This document shows positions 8,878 through 17,474 of a stretch of DNA of 64,000 nucleotides, one piece after another (the first letter of the stretch is position 1; every line of letters starts with the position of its first letter). Below the pieces are notes generated by a model that saw only the letters and a program-made list of their open reading frames with translations, was not told where the DNA came from and did no database searches. The stretch spans positions 5,902 to 69,901 of the IMG/VR virus record IMGVR_UViG_3300043174_000028; one strand, given 5' to 3'. The DNA comes from a virus (taxonomy: Duplodnaviria > Caudoviricetes). The translations under genes were made by a program, and so were the position numbers.

Positions 8878-9597
8878 ATGGCACTTAACCAGAACATCAT
8901 TCTCATTAGTGGCAAGTCAGCCACCGGCAAGTCAGCTAGCCTGCGTAAACTCAAGGATCAATCCAAGGTGATCTACCTGGGTTGCGAGAGCAACAAGCAA
9001 CTGCCCTTCCCCAACAAGTTCAAGCAGCTCACCGTCACGGATCCAATGCAGGTCTATCAGGCGTTTGCTCAAGCCGAACAGATGGACGTGCATACCATCG
9101 TGATCGACAGCCTGACCTACCTGATGGACATGTACGAGACCCGCTATGTCCAGACGGCTGCGGATACCCGCAGAGCTTGGGGAGACTACGCAAGCTATTT
9201 CAAGAACCTGATGCAGCAGTACGTCAGCGCCTCAACCAAGAACGTGGTGTTCCTTGCCCATACCTCGGACGTGTACAACGAGTCCGAGCTGGTCATGGAA
9301 ACCATGGTCAAGGTGAAGGGCAGCCTGATGAATCAGGGCATCGAGTCCTTCTTCTGCAACGTCATCTCTACCAAGAAGATGACACTAAAGAAGCTAGAGG
9401 AGTACCAGAACGAGCATCTGGTGTTTAGCGATGACGATCTGGAGCTAGGGTACAAGTACGTGTACCAGACTCGCTTAACCAAGGAGACCGTCAACGAGAG
9501 GATTCGTGGTCCCCTTGGCATGTGGGAAAAGTGGGAGACATTCATCGACAACGATCTGCAGATCGTGTTGGATCGACTCCACAAATATTACCAGTAG
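8878..9597 (+). CDS. AAA_24/Sak4-like ATPase (N4 gp44-like)
   Basis: GKSATGKS P-loop, IVIDSLTYLMD, FLAHT. Confidence 0.8.
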   Translation: MALNQNIILISGKSATGKSASLRKLKDQSKVIYLGCESNKQLPFPNKFKQLTVTDPMQVYQAFAQAEQMDVHTIVIDSLTYLMDMYETRYVQTAADTRRAWGDYASYFKNLMQQYVSASTKNVVFLAHTSDVYNESELVMETMVKVKGSLMNQGIESFFCNVISTKKMTLKKLEEYQNEHLVFSDDDLELGYKYVYQTRLTKETVNERIRGPLGMWEKWETFIDNDLQIVLDRLHKYYQ

Positions 9598-9630
9598 TTC
9601 AACCTTCCAATTACCAAAAGGAACCAAACC

Positions 9631-10359
9631 ATGTTTGACATGAACGCTCTCAAGCCGTCCGCCAGTGTCGAGATTTCCGACTTCGACGAGGATCGGGTCT
9701 CTTCTCCCCGCAGCTTCGTGCAGGAGTCCGGGGTCTACCCCATGACCATCGAGATGGCTCATCTCGGTATCACCAACAATGGGGCTACCTTCCTCAAGGT
9801 CCACTTCAAGGAGACCGACCTCGGTGGCATCAACCACTACGAGACCTTCTACCTGACCAACAAGGAAGGGCGTAACACCTACCGGGACAAGGACGGCAAG
9901 GATCGGTACATCCCCGGCTTTGCCCAGGCCAATACCCTGTCCCTGCTCTGCACCGGGAAGTACCTGTATGACCTGGACTTCCAGAAGAAGACCATCAAGC
10001 AGTACGACTACGCAGCCAAGGAAGAGCGTAACGTGCAGGTTGATGTGGCCATGGATCTGCTCAAGAAGAACGTGCACCTCGGACTGCTCAAGGTTATCGA
10101 GAACAAGCGCGTCAAGGATGCCAATGGCAACTGGGTCTCGGGCAACGACAAGCGGGAACTGAACACCATCGGCAAGATCTTTGCCGAGGATGGGCGTACC
10201 CTGAACGAGATTCAGGCCAAGCACCCGACGGGTGACTACCTGAAGGGGTGGTCCGACAAGCACACGGGGACGGTGGTGGACAAGTACAAGCCGGTGCGCA
10301 CCGCACCTGCTGCGCCTGCTCCCATGCCCCCGCCCTCCACGGAGTCCTTGTTCGACTGA
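9631..10359 (+). CDS. ssb: Single-stranded DNA-binding protein (N4 gp45-like)
   Basis: ESGVY..TI..A, YIPGFAQAN, Pro/Ala linker and C-terminal SLFD; synteny. Confidence 0.8.
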   Translation: MFDMNALKPSASVEISDFDEDRVSSPRSFVQESGVYPMTIEMAHLGITNNGATFLKVHFKETDLGGINHYETFYLTNKEGRNTYRDKDGKDRYIPGFAQANTLSLLCTGKYLYDLDFQKKTIKQYDYAAKEERNVQVDVAMDLLKKNVHLGLLKVIENKRVKDANGNWVSGNDKRELNTIGKIFAEDGRTLNEIQAKHPTGDYLKGWSDKHTGTVVDKYKPVRTAPAAPAPMPPPSTESLFD

Positions 10360-10366
10360 CAACCAG

Positions 10367-10396
10367 CCAATGCGGGAAAGGGATTTCCCGCCTTGG
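10367..10396 (+). terminator. Hairpin after ssb (terminator or processing site)
   Basis: ccaa-t-gcgggaaa / tttcccgc-c-ttgg; weak U tract. Confidence 0.45.
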
Positions 10397-10419
10397 TTCT
10401 CAAACTAAAGAGGAAACCA

Positions 10420-10677
10420 ATGAACATCATTCTCCAATACGAAGAAATCAAACTGGCTCTTACCGAGTATGTGAAGAACCAAGGCTTCCCCACCAAGAAC
10501 CGCAAGGTGACGGTGGACATTGCATCGGATGGCAGGAAGTCCCACTCCTATCATGCTCATATTGTCATTGAGCATCCTGAACTGGGTACCGTTACCCATC
10601 TGACCGAACCACTCGACCCCATGCTTGACGATGACCTGGCTGTGGACTTCGACAGTTCCGACAAGCCGCTCATCTAG
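10420..10677 (+). CDS. Hypothetical protein (N4 gp46-like)
   Basis: MNIILQYEEIKLALTEYV N-terminus, GAGG RBS, position after ssb. Confidence 0.65.
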   Translation: MNIILQYEEIKLALTEYVKNQGFPTKNRKVTVDIASDGRKSHSYHAHIVIEHPELGTVTHLTEPLDPMLDDDLAVDFDSSDKPLI

Positions 10678-10688
10678 CAGGACACGCC

Positions 10689-10832
10689 ATGAAAAACATG
10701 CTCATGGCTTTGATATTCATCCTATTGGCCATGTCTGCCTGGATCACCGTACCCATTCTTGGATACATCCTTGGCTTCGGTCTTGGCCTGCTGGTCCTCT
10801 CCACTATGATTGAGATGTGGAACGAGGAGTAG
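10689..10832 (+). CDS. Small membrane protein (47 aa)
   Basis: MKNMLMALIFILLAMSAWITVPILGYILGFGLGLLVLSTMIEMWNEE; hydrophobic; below the ORF-track cutoff. Confidence 0.6.
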   Translation: MKNMLMALIFILLAMSAWITVPILGYILGFGLGLLVLSTMIEMWNEE

Positions 10833-10840
10833 CAAAACTC

Positions 10841-10869
10841 CAGGGGCTCGCAAGGCCCCTGCCTCTTTT
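10841..10869 (+). terminator. Rho-independent terminator-like hairpin
   Basis: caggggc / gcccctg stem with tcgcaag loop followed by cctctttt. Confidence 0.5.
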
Positions 10870-10871
10870 AC

Positions 10872-10964
10872 GTCGGCATCTGCCGCACCACCAGTTGGCT
10901 GCATCTCGTTGGGTCTCCACCTCCCTGGATCCGACTGAGTTTGCGCTGCTGGGCAGATGCCGAC
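10872..10964. ncRNA. Candidate structured non-coding RNA (long imperfect hairpin)
   Basis: Perfect 13-bp closing stem gtcggcatctgcc/ggcagatgccgac, inner stem agttgg/ccgact; intergenic. Confidence 0.35.
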
Positions 10965-10991
10965 ACCCATTTACCAAACGAGTGAACCGAC

Positions 10992-11399
10992 ATGCCTGAC
11001 ATAACCGTACAGCTAGTCATGTCCCTGGATGTGTCCACTGAGACCTTCACGTTGGAGAGGCTCGTCATATCCAAGGAAGAAGAAGTGATCTTCTACAAGA
11101 AGATCCAGGACGATGAACCAGTAAATCCCTTTGACTTCGTAGCACCTGCTCTCAAGTTCAGCCACATGCTGGCAGATCATCTGCAAGCCATTGAGCAGGT
11201 TCCCTACACCGTGCACTTGACTGCCCTAACTCAAGTGATCCAGGAGGATGGAGGTCGAGTAGACCTGGACGAGAACCAAATAGAGTTCCTGCACGAAAGG
11301 ACCATGGAGTTCTGTGAAGCTCTCGTAAAAAGCATTTCAAACAAATTCACCGAAGAACCAACCCTTATGACAATGGAAGGCTCTTCAACCATTCACTGA
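10992..11399 (+). CDS. Hypothetical protein
   Basis: 135-aa ORF with phage-like codon usage, operon context. Confidence 0.65.
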   Translation: MPDITVQLVMSLDVSTETFTLERLVISKEEEVIFYKKIQDDEPVNPFDFVAPALKFSHMLADHLQAIEQVPYTVHLTALTQVIQEDGGRVDLDENQIEFLHERTMEFCEALVKSISNKFTEEPTLMTMEGSSTIH

Positions 11400-11416
11400 A
11401 CCAAAAGAGATTAGCC

Positions 11417-11599
11417 ATGAAAGATCTTTCTTATGCGTTGGATCTGTTGCGTACTGCTTCCGGGTATCTGCATACATCGCTCAGGAAGCTACCCATGTCC
11501 TTCAGTATGGAAGGACAGGACATTCTGGTAATGCTGAACTCCGTGGAGTTCAAACTGGAGGAAATGGAACGCAGAGCCAAGGAGGAAAATATTGCATGA
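11417..11599 (+). CDS. Hypothetical protein (60 aa)
   Basis: ATGA coupling to the resolvase gene. Confidence 0.55.
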   Translation: MKDLSYALDLLRTASGYLHTSLRKLPMSFSMEGQDILVMLNSVEFKLEEMERRAKEENIA

Positions 11600-12051
11600 A
11601 GATACTTGGCATAGATCCAGGACTGACAGGAGGTCTGGCCTTGTTGGATCTGGATAAGCTCACAGTCATTCCTATGCCTGTGCTCAAGCTCAAGGACAAG
11701 CAGACATTGGATCTGGGGGTGCTGGTGCAGAAGCTACAGGAGATGCAGCCAGACCATGTTTGCATCGAACAGCAGCAATCCATGCCCAAGCAAGGGCTCT
11801 CTTCCACCTTCCGTACCGGCTATCACTACGGCGTGCTGATTGGCGTGCTGGCTGCGCTCAAGGTGCCCTACGAGACAATCTCGCCGCGCCAGTGGAAGAA
11901 GGCCATGCAAGTGCCAGCGGACAAGTCGGCAGCACGGCACCGGGCGACTCAGTTACTTCCGCAGTATGCGGCCGCGTGGAGCAAGGCCAAGGATGACGGC
12001 TTGGCAGAGGCGGCGCTGATTGCGCTGTATGGCAGCACACGTTCGCCGTAA
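11596..12051 (+). CDS. RuvC-like Holliday junction resolvase
   Basis: ILGIDPGLTGGLA, VCIEQ, PRQWKK, DDGLAEAALIA. Confidence 0.88.
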   Translation: MKILGIDPGLTGGLALLDLDKLTVIPMPVLKLKDKQTLDLGVLVQKLQEMQPDHVCIEQQQSMPKQGLSSTFRTGYHYGVLIGVLAALKVPYETISPRQWKKAMQVPADKSAARHRATQLLPQYAAAWSKAKDDGLAEAALIALYGSTRSP

Positions 12052-12064
12052 AAAGGGGAAGAAG

Positions 12065-12328
12065 ATGAGAATCACAACCGACAGCGTGTTGGTCCAGCAG
12101 TTGATGGATAGCCGGACCCCCAAGACCGAACGTGAACATGCGGCAGTACGAGAAATCGAGAAGCTGCGTGAAGAGCTTTCCATTTGGCGGCATGTCTACC
12201 CCGACATTGCCCCCGAAAAGGTCCAACCAGACCGCACTCTATTGCTGGCTGAGATTGAGTTGCTAAAAGCAGAACTTGCAAATTGCAGAAAAAAGCTGGA
12301 GGTCTCCACTTGTTCATGTGGGGATTGA
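12065..12328 (+). CDS. Hypothetical protein
   Basis: AGGGGA RBS; RTPKTEREHAAVREIE coiled-coil. Confidence 0.6.
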   Translation: MRITTDSVLVQQLMDSRTPKTEREHAAVREIEKLREELSIWRHVYPDIAPEKVQPDRTLLLAEIELLKAELANCRKKLEVSTCSCGD

Positions 12329-12534
12329 CGCTTACACAAGAAGAACAGGACCGCATTAAAGCTGCTGCCCATGAAAGGTTTCTGTCCAAGCGCATGAGCG
12401 TTGCTCACTGGCTCAACGATGGAGTAACTCCTGGCCAGTGGGTGGAGGCAGACGAGGTTGAATTTAGAAAGATGGCGGCAAAGGCTTTTTCGCCTTCTAA
12501 CTTTTTGGAGAACAACAATGATCAACTACGATGA
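12325..12534 (+). CDS. Hypothetical protein
   Basis: TTG start overlapping the upstream TGA. Confidence 0.45.
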   Translation: MTLTQEEQDRIKAAAHERFLSKRMSVAHWLNDGVTPGQWVEADEVEFRKMAAKAFSPSNFLENNNDQLR

Positions 12535-12937
12535 AATCGTGAAAAACGTTGTTGCAAATACTGTAAAGCTGGAAATCAAGTACATCAAAAAAATAGCAGA
12601 AGCAGTTCTTGGAATGGAGATTGACGATTGGGGCAATGTAAAGCTGGTCAAGCAAGAGCTTATCGCCGAGCTTACAAGAGATCCAGATGTTCAAGCTGCT
12701 ATCGAAGACTGCCGTAAACGCATCGTCGAAGAAATCAAAAAGCCACTCACGCAGAACAACATCAGAGAAATGACTTCTAACATCAGAAGAAGGCTTATGG
12801 ATGAGCTTGAAGAGAATATCTACCACGAAATTTATTACGCGATATATGACAAGATGTCTTTGTCTATCAAAGAAAAGCTCAGTACTGATGCCGAGTTGGC
12901 TCCTTACTACGTAGCCGGAAAGGTCGGCAAGCTATAG
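12518..12937 (+). CDS. Hypothetical protein, paralogue of 15756..16160
   Basis: GGAG RBS; shared motif VLGxEIDxWGNxK and C-terminal LAPY. Confidence 0.7.
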   Translation: MINYDEIVKNVVANTVKLEIKYIKKIAEAVLGMEIDDWGNVKLVKQELIAELTRDPDVQAAIEDCRKRIVEEIKKPLTQNNIREMTSNIRRRLMDELEENIYHEIYYAIYDKMSLSIKEKLSTDAELAPYYVAGKVGKL

Positions 12938-12949
12938 GAGACACATTTC

Positions 12950-13144
12950 TTGAGAATCACGATTGAACCAACCAACAAAACAACTCCGCAATACTACCCA
13001 CGCACCATCATCGAAGTGGCAACCGATGAACTGAATTTGGAAGAGATGCTTAACTATCTGGTCAAGCCAGCACTGTTGGCTATTGGCTACTCACCCGAAC
13101 TGGTAGCTTCGCTAGGGGATGCCTACGAAGGAACCAGTCCCTAA
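12950..13144 (+). CDS. Hypothetical protein
   Basis: AGGAG RBS, TTG start. Confidence 0.55.
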   Translation: MRITIEPTNKTTPQYYPRTIIEVATDELNLEEMLNYLVKPALLAIGYSPELVASLGDAYEGTSP

Positions 13145-13171
13145 ACACACTACAACCAACCAGGAGAACCA

Positions 13172-13690
13172 ATGGATTACATGAAAATAAGAAAGAACCT
13201 GAAGCCCATATCGAAGAAGGAGCAGAAGGTCGTTGATAAGGCAGTCGGTCTTCTGAAGGAACGCTATGCAAATGGCGAGCGGTTCCTTAGTTCTGACAAC
13301 TCAATGGCTTTTATTCAGCTATCGATGGCTCAGTTCGACAGAGAAGTTTTCTCTTGCCTTTACCTGGATAACCAGCACAGGTTGATTGCTCAGGAGTACC
13401 TGTTCGTCGGTGCAGTGGATGGCATTCAGGTTTCCACACGGGAAGTCCTGCGAGCTGCACTGCTGCACAATGCCTCGGCTGTGATCCTGGCGCACAACCA
13501 TCCAGGCGGTACTGCCGAACCAAGCACGGAAGATCTAGCCATTACCAAGCAGCTTGAGAAGGCTCTGGGCATGGTAGGCATTCGCTTGCTGGATCACATT
13601 GTCGTAGGCACGCAGGAAACCACCAGCATTGCTGACCTGAACGCATCCCTGTTCATACACTCAGACGAGGAAGATACCCATGAATCTTAA
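13172..13690 (+). CDS. radC: RadC-like JAB-domain protein
   Basis: REVFSCLYLD, REVLRAAL, ILAHNHPGG...PS.ED, LLDHIVV; metal-binding residues intact. Confidence 0.92.
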   Translation: MDYMKIRKNLKPISKKEQKVVDKAVGLLKERYANGERFLSSDNSMAFIQLSMAQFDREVFSCLYLDNQHRLIAQEYLFVGAVDGIQVSTREVLRAALLHNASAVILAHNHPGGTAEPSTEDLAITKQLEKALGMVGIRLLDHIVVGTQETTSIADLNASLFIHSDEEDTHES

Positions 13691-13763
13691 CCTTTGGATC
13701 GTTGCTGTCCTGGCTTTCGGTGGAGCCTGGATCGTGGAGTTCCTGGCTTCCCTCATTTCCTGA
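13680..13763 (+). CDS. 27-aa membrane peptide
   Basis: MNLNLWIVAVLAFGGAWIVEFLASLIS; GAGGA RBS inside the radC 3' end. Confidence 0.45.
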   Translation: MNLNLWIVAVLAFGGAWIVEFLASLIS

Positions 13764-13775
13764 CGGAATCCAACC

Positions 13776-13985
13776 ATGATTACCATCGAAGTGTTTACTG
13801 ACGAATCTCCCCTATCCAACCAGGAAAGACTAGCCATCTACCAACAGAAGAAGCAGCACTGGAAGACTGAGCAGTGGTGGCTGCTCACCCACCCTGAAGA
13901 CGATGGAATCATTGTTGATCCGACACTTCCCGATTACGGACCCTGGGAAGACCTACCTGACTATCTGAAGAAGCAAGCGGAGTAG
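13776..13985 (+). CDS. Hypothetical protein
   Basis: ORF in operon context. Confidence 0.55.
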   Translation: MITIEVFTDESPLSNQERLAIYQQKKQHWKTEQWWLLTHPEDDGIIVDPTLPDYGPWEDLPDYLKKQAE

Positions 13986-13989
13986 AACC

Positions 13990-14244
13990 ATGGAAAGCAG
14001 AACTATCGTTGACCTAGAACTGCCACTGGAAGTTGCCTACAACTACTTCTCTGCGGAGAAAGCAGAGACAGGTCCGGAAGCCAAGTACCCCGGAGCCCCT
14101 GAGATCATCGAGATCACCAAGGTATTCCTGTTTGGATCTGACATCACCAAGAACCTGTCCGACAGAATGATGGAACGGGTGCATCGGGAACTTGAGTTCC
14201 AGATCGAAATGGGCAGGGAGTTTGAAGAGAGCCTGACTGACTGA
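13990..14244 (+). CDS. Hypothetical protein
   Basis: GGAG RBS; KYPGAPEIIEITKV motif. Confidence 0.6.
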   Translation: MESRTIVDLELPLEVAYNYFSAEKAETGPEAKYPGAPEIIEITKVFLFGSDITKNLSDRMMERVHRELEFQIEMGREFEESLTD

Positions 14245-14245
14245 C

Positions 14246-14473
14246 ATGAAATCCTACGAACCCGCAGAAGACCTGGTAATTGAAACCAAGTTCGACAATC
14301 CAGCTATCACCTGGTCTGAACTGAAAGCAGCTCTTGCCAGCATTGGCTCCAACCGTACCGAGAAAGGTATCGAATCCAGATACCACAACCTCAAGCAGAA
14401 GAGATCCATGAACGGCAAGGATACCTGGCTGAATTGTCCTTTCCTCACCGGTAAGAAACGTTCGACCAGTTGA
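14246..14473 (+). CDS. Hypothetical protein
   Basis: ORF directly after upstream stop; followed by a terminator. Confidence 0.55.
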   Translation: MKSYEPAEDLVIETKFDNPAITWSELKAALASIGSNRTEKGIESRYHNLKQKRSMNGKDTWLNCPFLTGKKRSTS

Positions 14474-14494
14474 ACCAACAACAACCCATTCAAG

Positions 14495-14532
14495 AAAGCC
14501 AACAAGGATTTCCTTGTTGGCTTTTTCTTTTT
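14495..14532 (+). terminator. Rho-independent terminator
   Basis: aaagccaacaagg / ccttgttggcttt stem plus ttcttttt tract. Confidence 0.8.
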
Positions 14533-14547
14533 CTACAGGAGAACCAT

Positions 14548-14769
14548 ATGAAGATCACATATAGCAGCCATAACCTGCATAACGTGCAGAACATCACCAT
14601 ACTCAAGCCAGTGCAGTTTCCCAACGGAGAGTGGATGCGGGAGATCAATGTCAGCTGTGGAACGCTGAAGCACTCCTTCGTCCTGTACGCAAAGCACAAG
14701 ATCGATCTGGGTGTGCTGGAGGAAGTGGATCTGGAGGAAGAAGAAGAGCAGGGAAAGCTGCACCTGTAA
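14548..14769 (+). CDS. Hypothetical protein
   Basis: AGGAG RBS, acidic C-terminus. Confidence 0.6.
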   Translation: MKITYSSHNLHNVQNITILKPVQFPNGEWMREINVSCGTLKHSFVLYAKHKIDLGVLEEVDLEEEEEQGKLHL

Positions 14770-14786
14770 CCCGACAGGAGAACTCA

Positions 14787-15740
14787 ATGAACTCTTACAA
14801 ACCAAGAAACTTCACACCCAAGCTGCTGGAGAATATCCGTGCTCTCTCTGGGTTGCACACCGACAAGTTGACTGCAGAGCTGATGAAGACCGTTGAGTTC
14901 TCTCTCAACAACTCTGTCTGCTGGTGCATCAACCCTGACGCCTTCGATCTTCTCTGGCACACCCAACTGACCCCGGATGCTCTTGAGAACATCTGGCTTC
15001 CTTATGATTCCATGGTGATTGAGTACGTCTTCGACTACAGCAAAACCAACATGAAGGTGCAGCCTGACGGTGACCCGGCCTACAACCGGGTCATCCTGCT
15101 GTTCAATGACCGGGTGGAAGGGGTGGACCAGATCACTGTGGTTCCCTTCTGGGAGATCATGGACACCACCCTGTCCCGTCTTGCTGAAGGCTTGCACACG
15201 CCCTCTCTGCCCAACAACTGGACCATCTCAGCCTACATGGCAGGGATCACACGGGACTCCATGAACCACATCGACAAGTGGTCTCACGACAAAAAGTACC
15301 TGTTCGGCAAGGAAGTCCACTCTCCTGAGCTAATACCTACTTTCCCCTACGAGGAACTCCTGGAAGAAGGCTGGATGGTCCACGCAGCCAATGCAGTGGG
15401 GGATGAGATCAAGCTGGCTCTGTCCCTGCTTGCCGTCCTGAATACCGAGCGTGTGCCACTAAGCCGTGTCCCTGCACCGGACAAGCTCAACAAGAAGCGC
15501 AGAGCCAACAACAAACCTCCTATTCCCGAGTACCGCACACTGAACATCAGCCACCCTACCGAACTGCTCAAGCGTATCCAGGGAACCAAGGACTCTCATG
15601 GAACTGTCAGACCTCATTGGCGGAGAGGGCATATCAGAAACCAACCCTATCCAGCCAAGCATGAACAGAAAAAGATCTGGATACGTCCTACGGTAGTAGG
15701 TGTGGGGGAAGCTAACCCTACCGACATCAAGATCATTTGA
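14787..15740 (+). CDS. Hypothetical phage protein with C-terminal PHWRRGH motif
   Basis: AGGAG RBS; basic NKKRRANNKP segment, VRPHWRRGHIRNQ...IWIRPTVVG. Confidence 0.75.
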   Translation: MNSYKPRNFTPKLLENIRALSGLHTDKLTAELMKTVEFSLNNSVCWCINPDAFDLLWHTQLTPDALENIWLPYDSMVIEYVFDYSKTNMKVQPDGDPAYNRVILLFNDRVEGVDQITVVPFWEIMDTTLSRLAEGLHTPSLPNNWTISAYMAGITRDSMNHIDKWSHDKKYLFGKEVHSPELIPTFPYEELLEEGWMVHAANAVGDEIKLALSLLAVLNTERVPLSRVPAPDKLNKKRRANNKPPIPEYRTLNISHPTELLKRIQGTKDSHGTVRPHWRRGHIRNQPYPAKHEQKKIWIRPTVVGVGEANPTDIKII

Positions 15741-15755
15741 ACAAGGAGAAAGTGC

Positions 15756-16160
15756 ATGAAACCAATAGACGTCATTATCAATAGCGTTGTTAACAAGGTT
15801 TCTACCTTGGAACAGAAGTATGTCGAGAAGATTGTTTGGGAAGTTCTCGGCATAGAGATTGATCCTTGGGGGAATATTAAATTTGTAAACCCAAGCTTTG
15901 CAGAGAAAATCTCCGCTTTACCCAACGTAGTAGAAGCAGTGACCAAACTGGAAAATCGTATTGCCAAAAGTGTTTGCAAACAGCTACCACAAACAACCAT
16001 CAATAACCTAGCGAACAATGTCAAAGACATGTTGCTGGAACATATTGAAGAGAAGGTTTACCGAGAAGTTCTTCTCGAAATAGAAGAGAAAATCTCTACA
16101 GATGTAAAAGCAAAACTCACCACCAACTCTAAACTGGCTCCTTATTTCAAGGAGCAGTAA
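15756..16160 (+). CDS. Hypothetical protein, paralogue of 12518..12937
   Basis: AAGGAG RBS; VLGIEIDPWGNIK and LAPY shared. Confidence 0.7.
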   Translation: MKPIDVIINSVVNKVSTLEQKYVEKIVWEVLGIEIDPWGNIKFVNPSFAEKISALPNVVEAVTKLENRIAKSVCKQLPQTTINNLANNVKDMLLEHIEEKVYREVLLEIEEKISTDVKAKLTTNSKLAPYFKEQ

Positions 16161-16180
16161 ACAACGGAGAACCAACAAAC

Positions 16181-16894
16181 ATGAATACCATCACTTCCAT
16201 GCAGGAAATGCTGGCCAACATCGCAAATGCTCACTCATTCGGGGGTGGGTACATGTACTCCGGTCATAGCTGGTACCTGAATAACCGGGAGCTGCCTGTA
16301 CGCCTTCACCGAGCTAACGAGCCAGACAAACGCTCTGACGAGGAAATGGCGCTTCTCGTAGAACCAAGACTTGGAACCGCTGAAGTGGGTGCAACCCTCG
16401 TCGAGCAGTACATCGGTGCCAGTGGAGATCACACTCGCTGGTTCGTGCTTGTGCCTGAAGGATGGCAGCTCGAAAGGGAAGAGTGGTTCGACCGCCAAGA
16501 CCGAGACCACAACTGGTCTTGGGTCAGGGGGGGGAGAATGAGTTACGACCTTTTCCTTTTGGATCCAGTAACCAAGGAAATTCTCCTCACCGACACACCG
16601 CATCAGATGCGTGGTGGTACCTATGCCCTGGGTGGCACCACGCAGATGCGGCTAAACGTCACCTACAACTACGGAGAGATACTGAGAACGGTGCTTGGCA
16701 CGGATGGCATTCGTTGGCTCTACGGTAAGACAGGATTGGAGTGCATCCCGGCCCTCACCGAAGCCATCAGCAAGCTCGGAGATGATGTCGATCCTAACTA
16801 CTGGACACCCACCGAGGGCAATGTGAAGCAAGCCCTCATTCAACTGCTCACGCTATCCAAGATGAGGCCGGATGGTGTGTGGGACGGAGACTGA
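16181..16894 (+). CDS. Hypothetical protein; apparent in-frame fusion of two genes across a G8 run (second start at 16538)
   Basis: Internal GGAG RBS and ATG (MSYDLFLLDPVT...MRPDGVWDGD); one G fewer would give ATGA coupling. Confidence 0.65.
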   Translation: MNTITSMQEMLANIANAHSFGGGYMYSGHSWYLNNRELPVRLHRANEPDKRSDEEMALLVEPRLGTAEVGATLVEQYIGASGDHTRWFVLVPEGWQLEREEWFDRQDRDHNWSWVRGGRMSYDLFLLDPVTKEILLTDTPHQMRGGTYALGGTTQMRLNVTYNYGEILRTVLGTDGIRWLYGKTGLECIPALTEAISKLGDDVDPNYWTPTEGNVKQALIQLLTLSKMRPDGVWDGD

Positions 16895-16897
16895 GAA

Positions 16898-17017
16898 ATG
16901 AAGTGGCAACTGGAAGAACGGACCGTAGACAGGATCTACCTTGCAGCTTACGTATGTGCGTTCATCGCAATAATCCTGAAGCTTGCAGCCGTCTTTATCA
17001 CCTTGTTTTGGACTTAA
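16898..17017 (+). CDS. 39-aa membrane peptide
   Basis: MKWQLEERTVDRIYLAAYVCAFIAIILKLAAVFITLFWT. Confidence 0.5.
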   Translation: MKWQLEERTVDRIYLAAYVCAFIAIILKLAAVFITLFWT

Positions 17018-17029
17018 AGGAAAACCTAC

Positions 17030-17260
17030 ATGCAACTGGAAACTCAGGAACTTCTCAAGACTTTCAAGCTCGGTTATCACTACCGGGATGAAGAAGTGAA
17101 GTTCTACAAGCAACGAATCGAGGAACTGATCGAAGCCCTTACCAGCCTACGCTGTGCTGGTGGATGGGTGAGGGATGTGATTGATACGGAACTCCTCAAG
17201 GAGCAGGACTACTACTTTCCAGCAGATTTCCCCGAGGAACTCCACGAACCCCTTTCTTGA
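17030..17260 (+). CDS. Hypothetical protein
   Basis: AAGGA RBS, operon context. Confidence 0.55.
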   Translation: MQLETQELLKTFKLGYHYRDEEVKFYKQRIEELIEALTSLRCAGGWVRDVIDTELLKEQDYYFPADFPEELHEPLS

Positions 17261-17278
17261 ACCAGGAGAGAACCAACA

Positions 17279-17464
17279 ATGGGAATTGCCAAGAGACTAC
17301 CCGAAGTAAACTTCAGCGTGCGGATGACGGGAGTCCTGTACGAACGCTTGGACAAGGCAGCCAAGAAGGCTGGAATATCCAAGGCGGGATATGTCCGGAG
17401 GCTTCTCTATGCTGCCCTGGATAACGGCACCAGGACAGCAGGGAAGCGCGTACCAAGGAAGTGA
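17279..17464 (+). CDS. Ribbon-helix-helix (Arc/CopG-like) DNA-binding protein
   Basis: FSVRM..LYERLDKAAKKAGISKAGYVRRLL pattern. Confidence 0.7.
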   Translation: MGIAKRLPEVNFSVRMTGVLYERLDKAAKKAGISKAGYVRRLLYAALDNGTRTAGKRVPRK

Positions 17465-17474
17465 GCAACACCCC

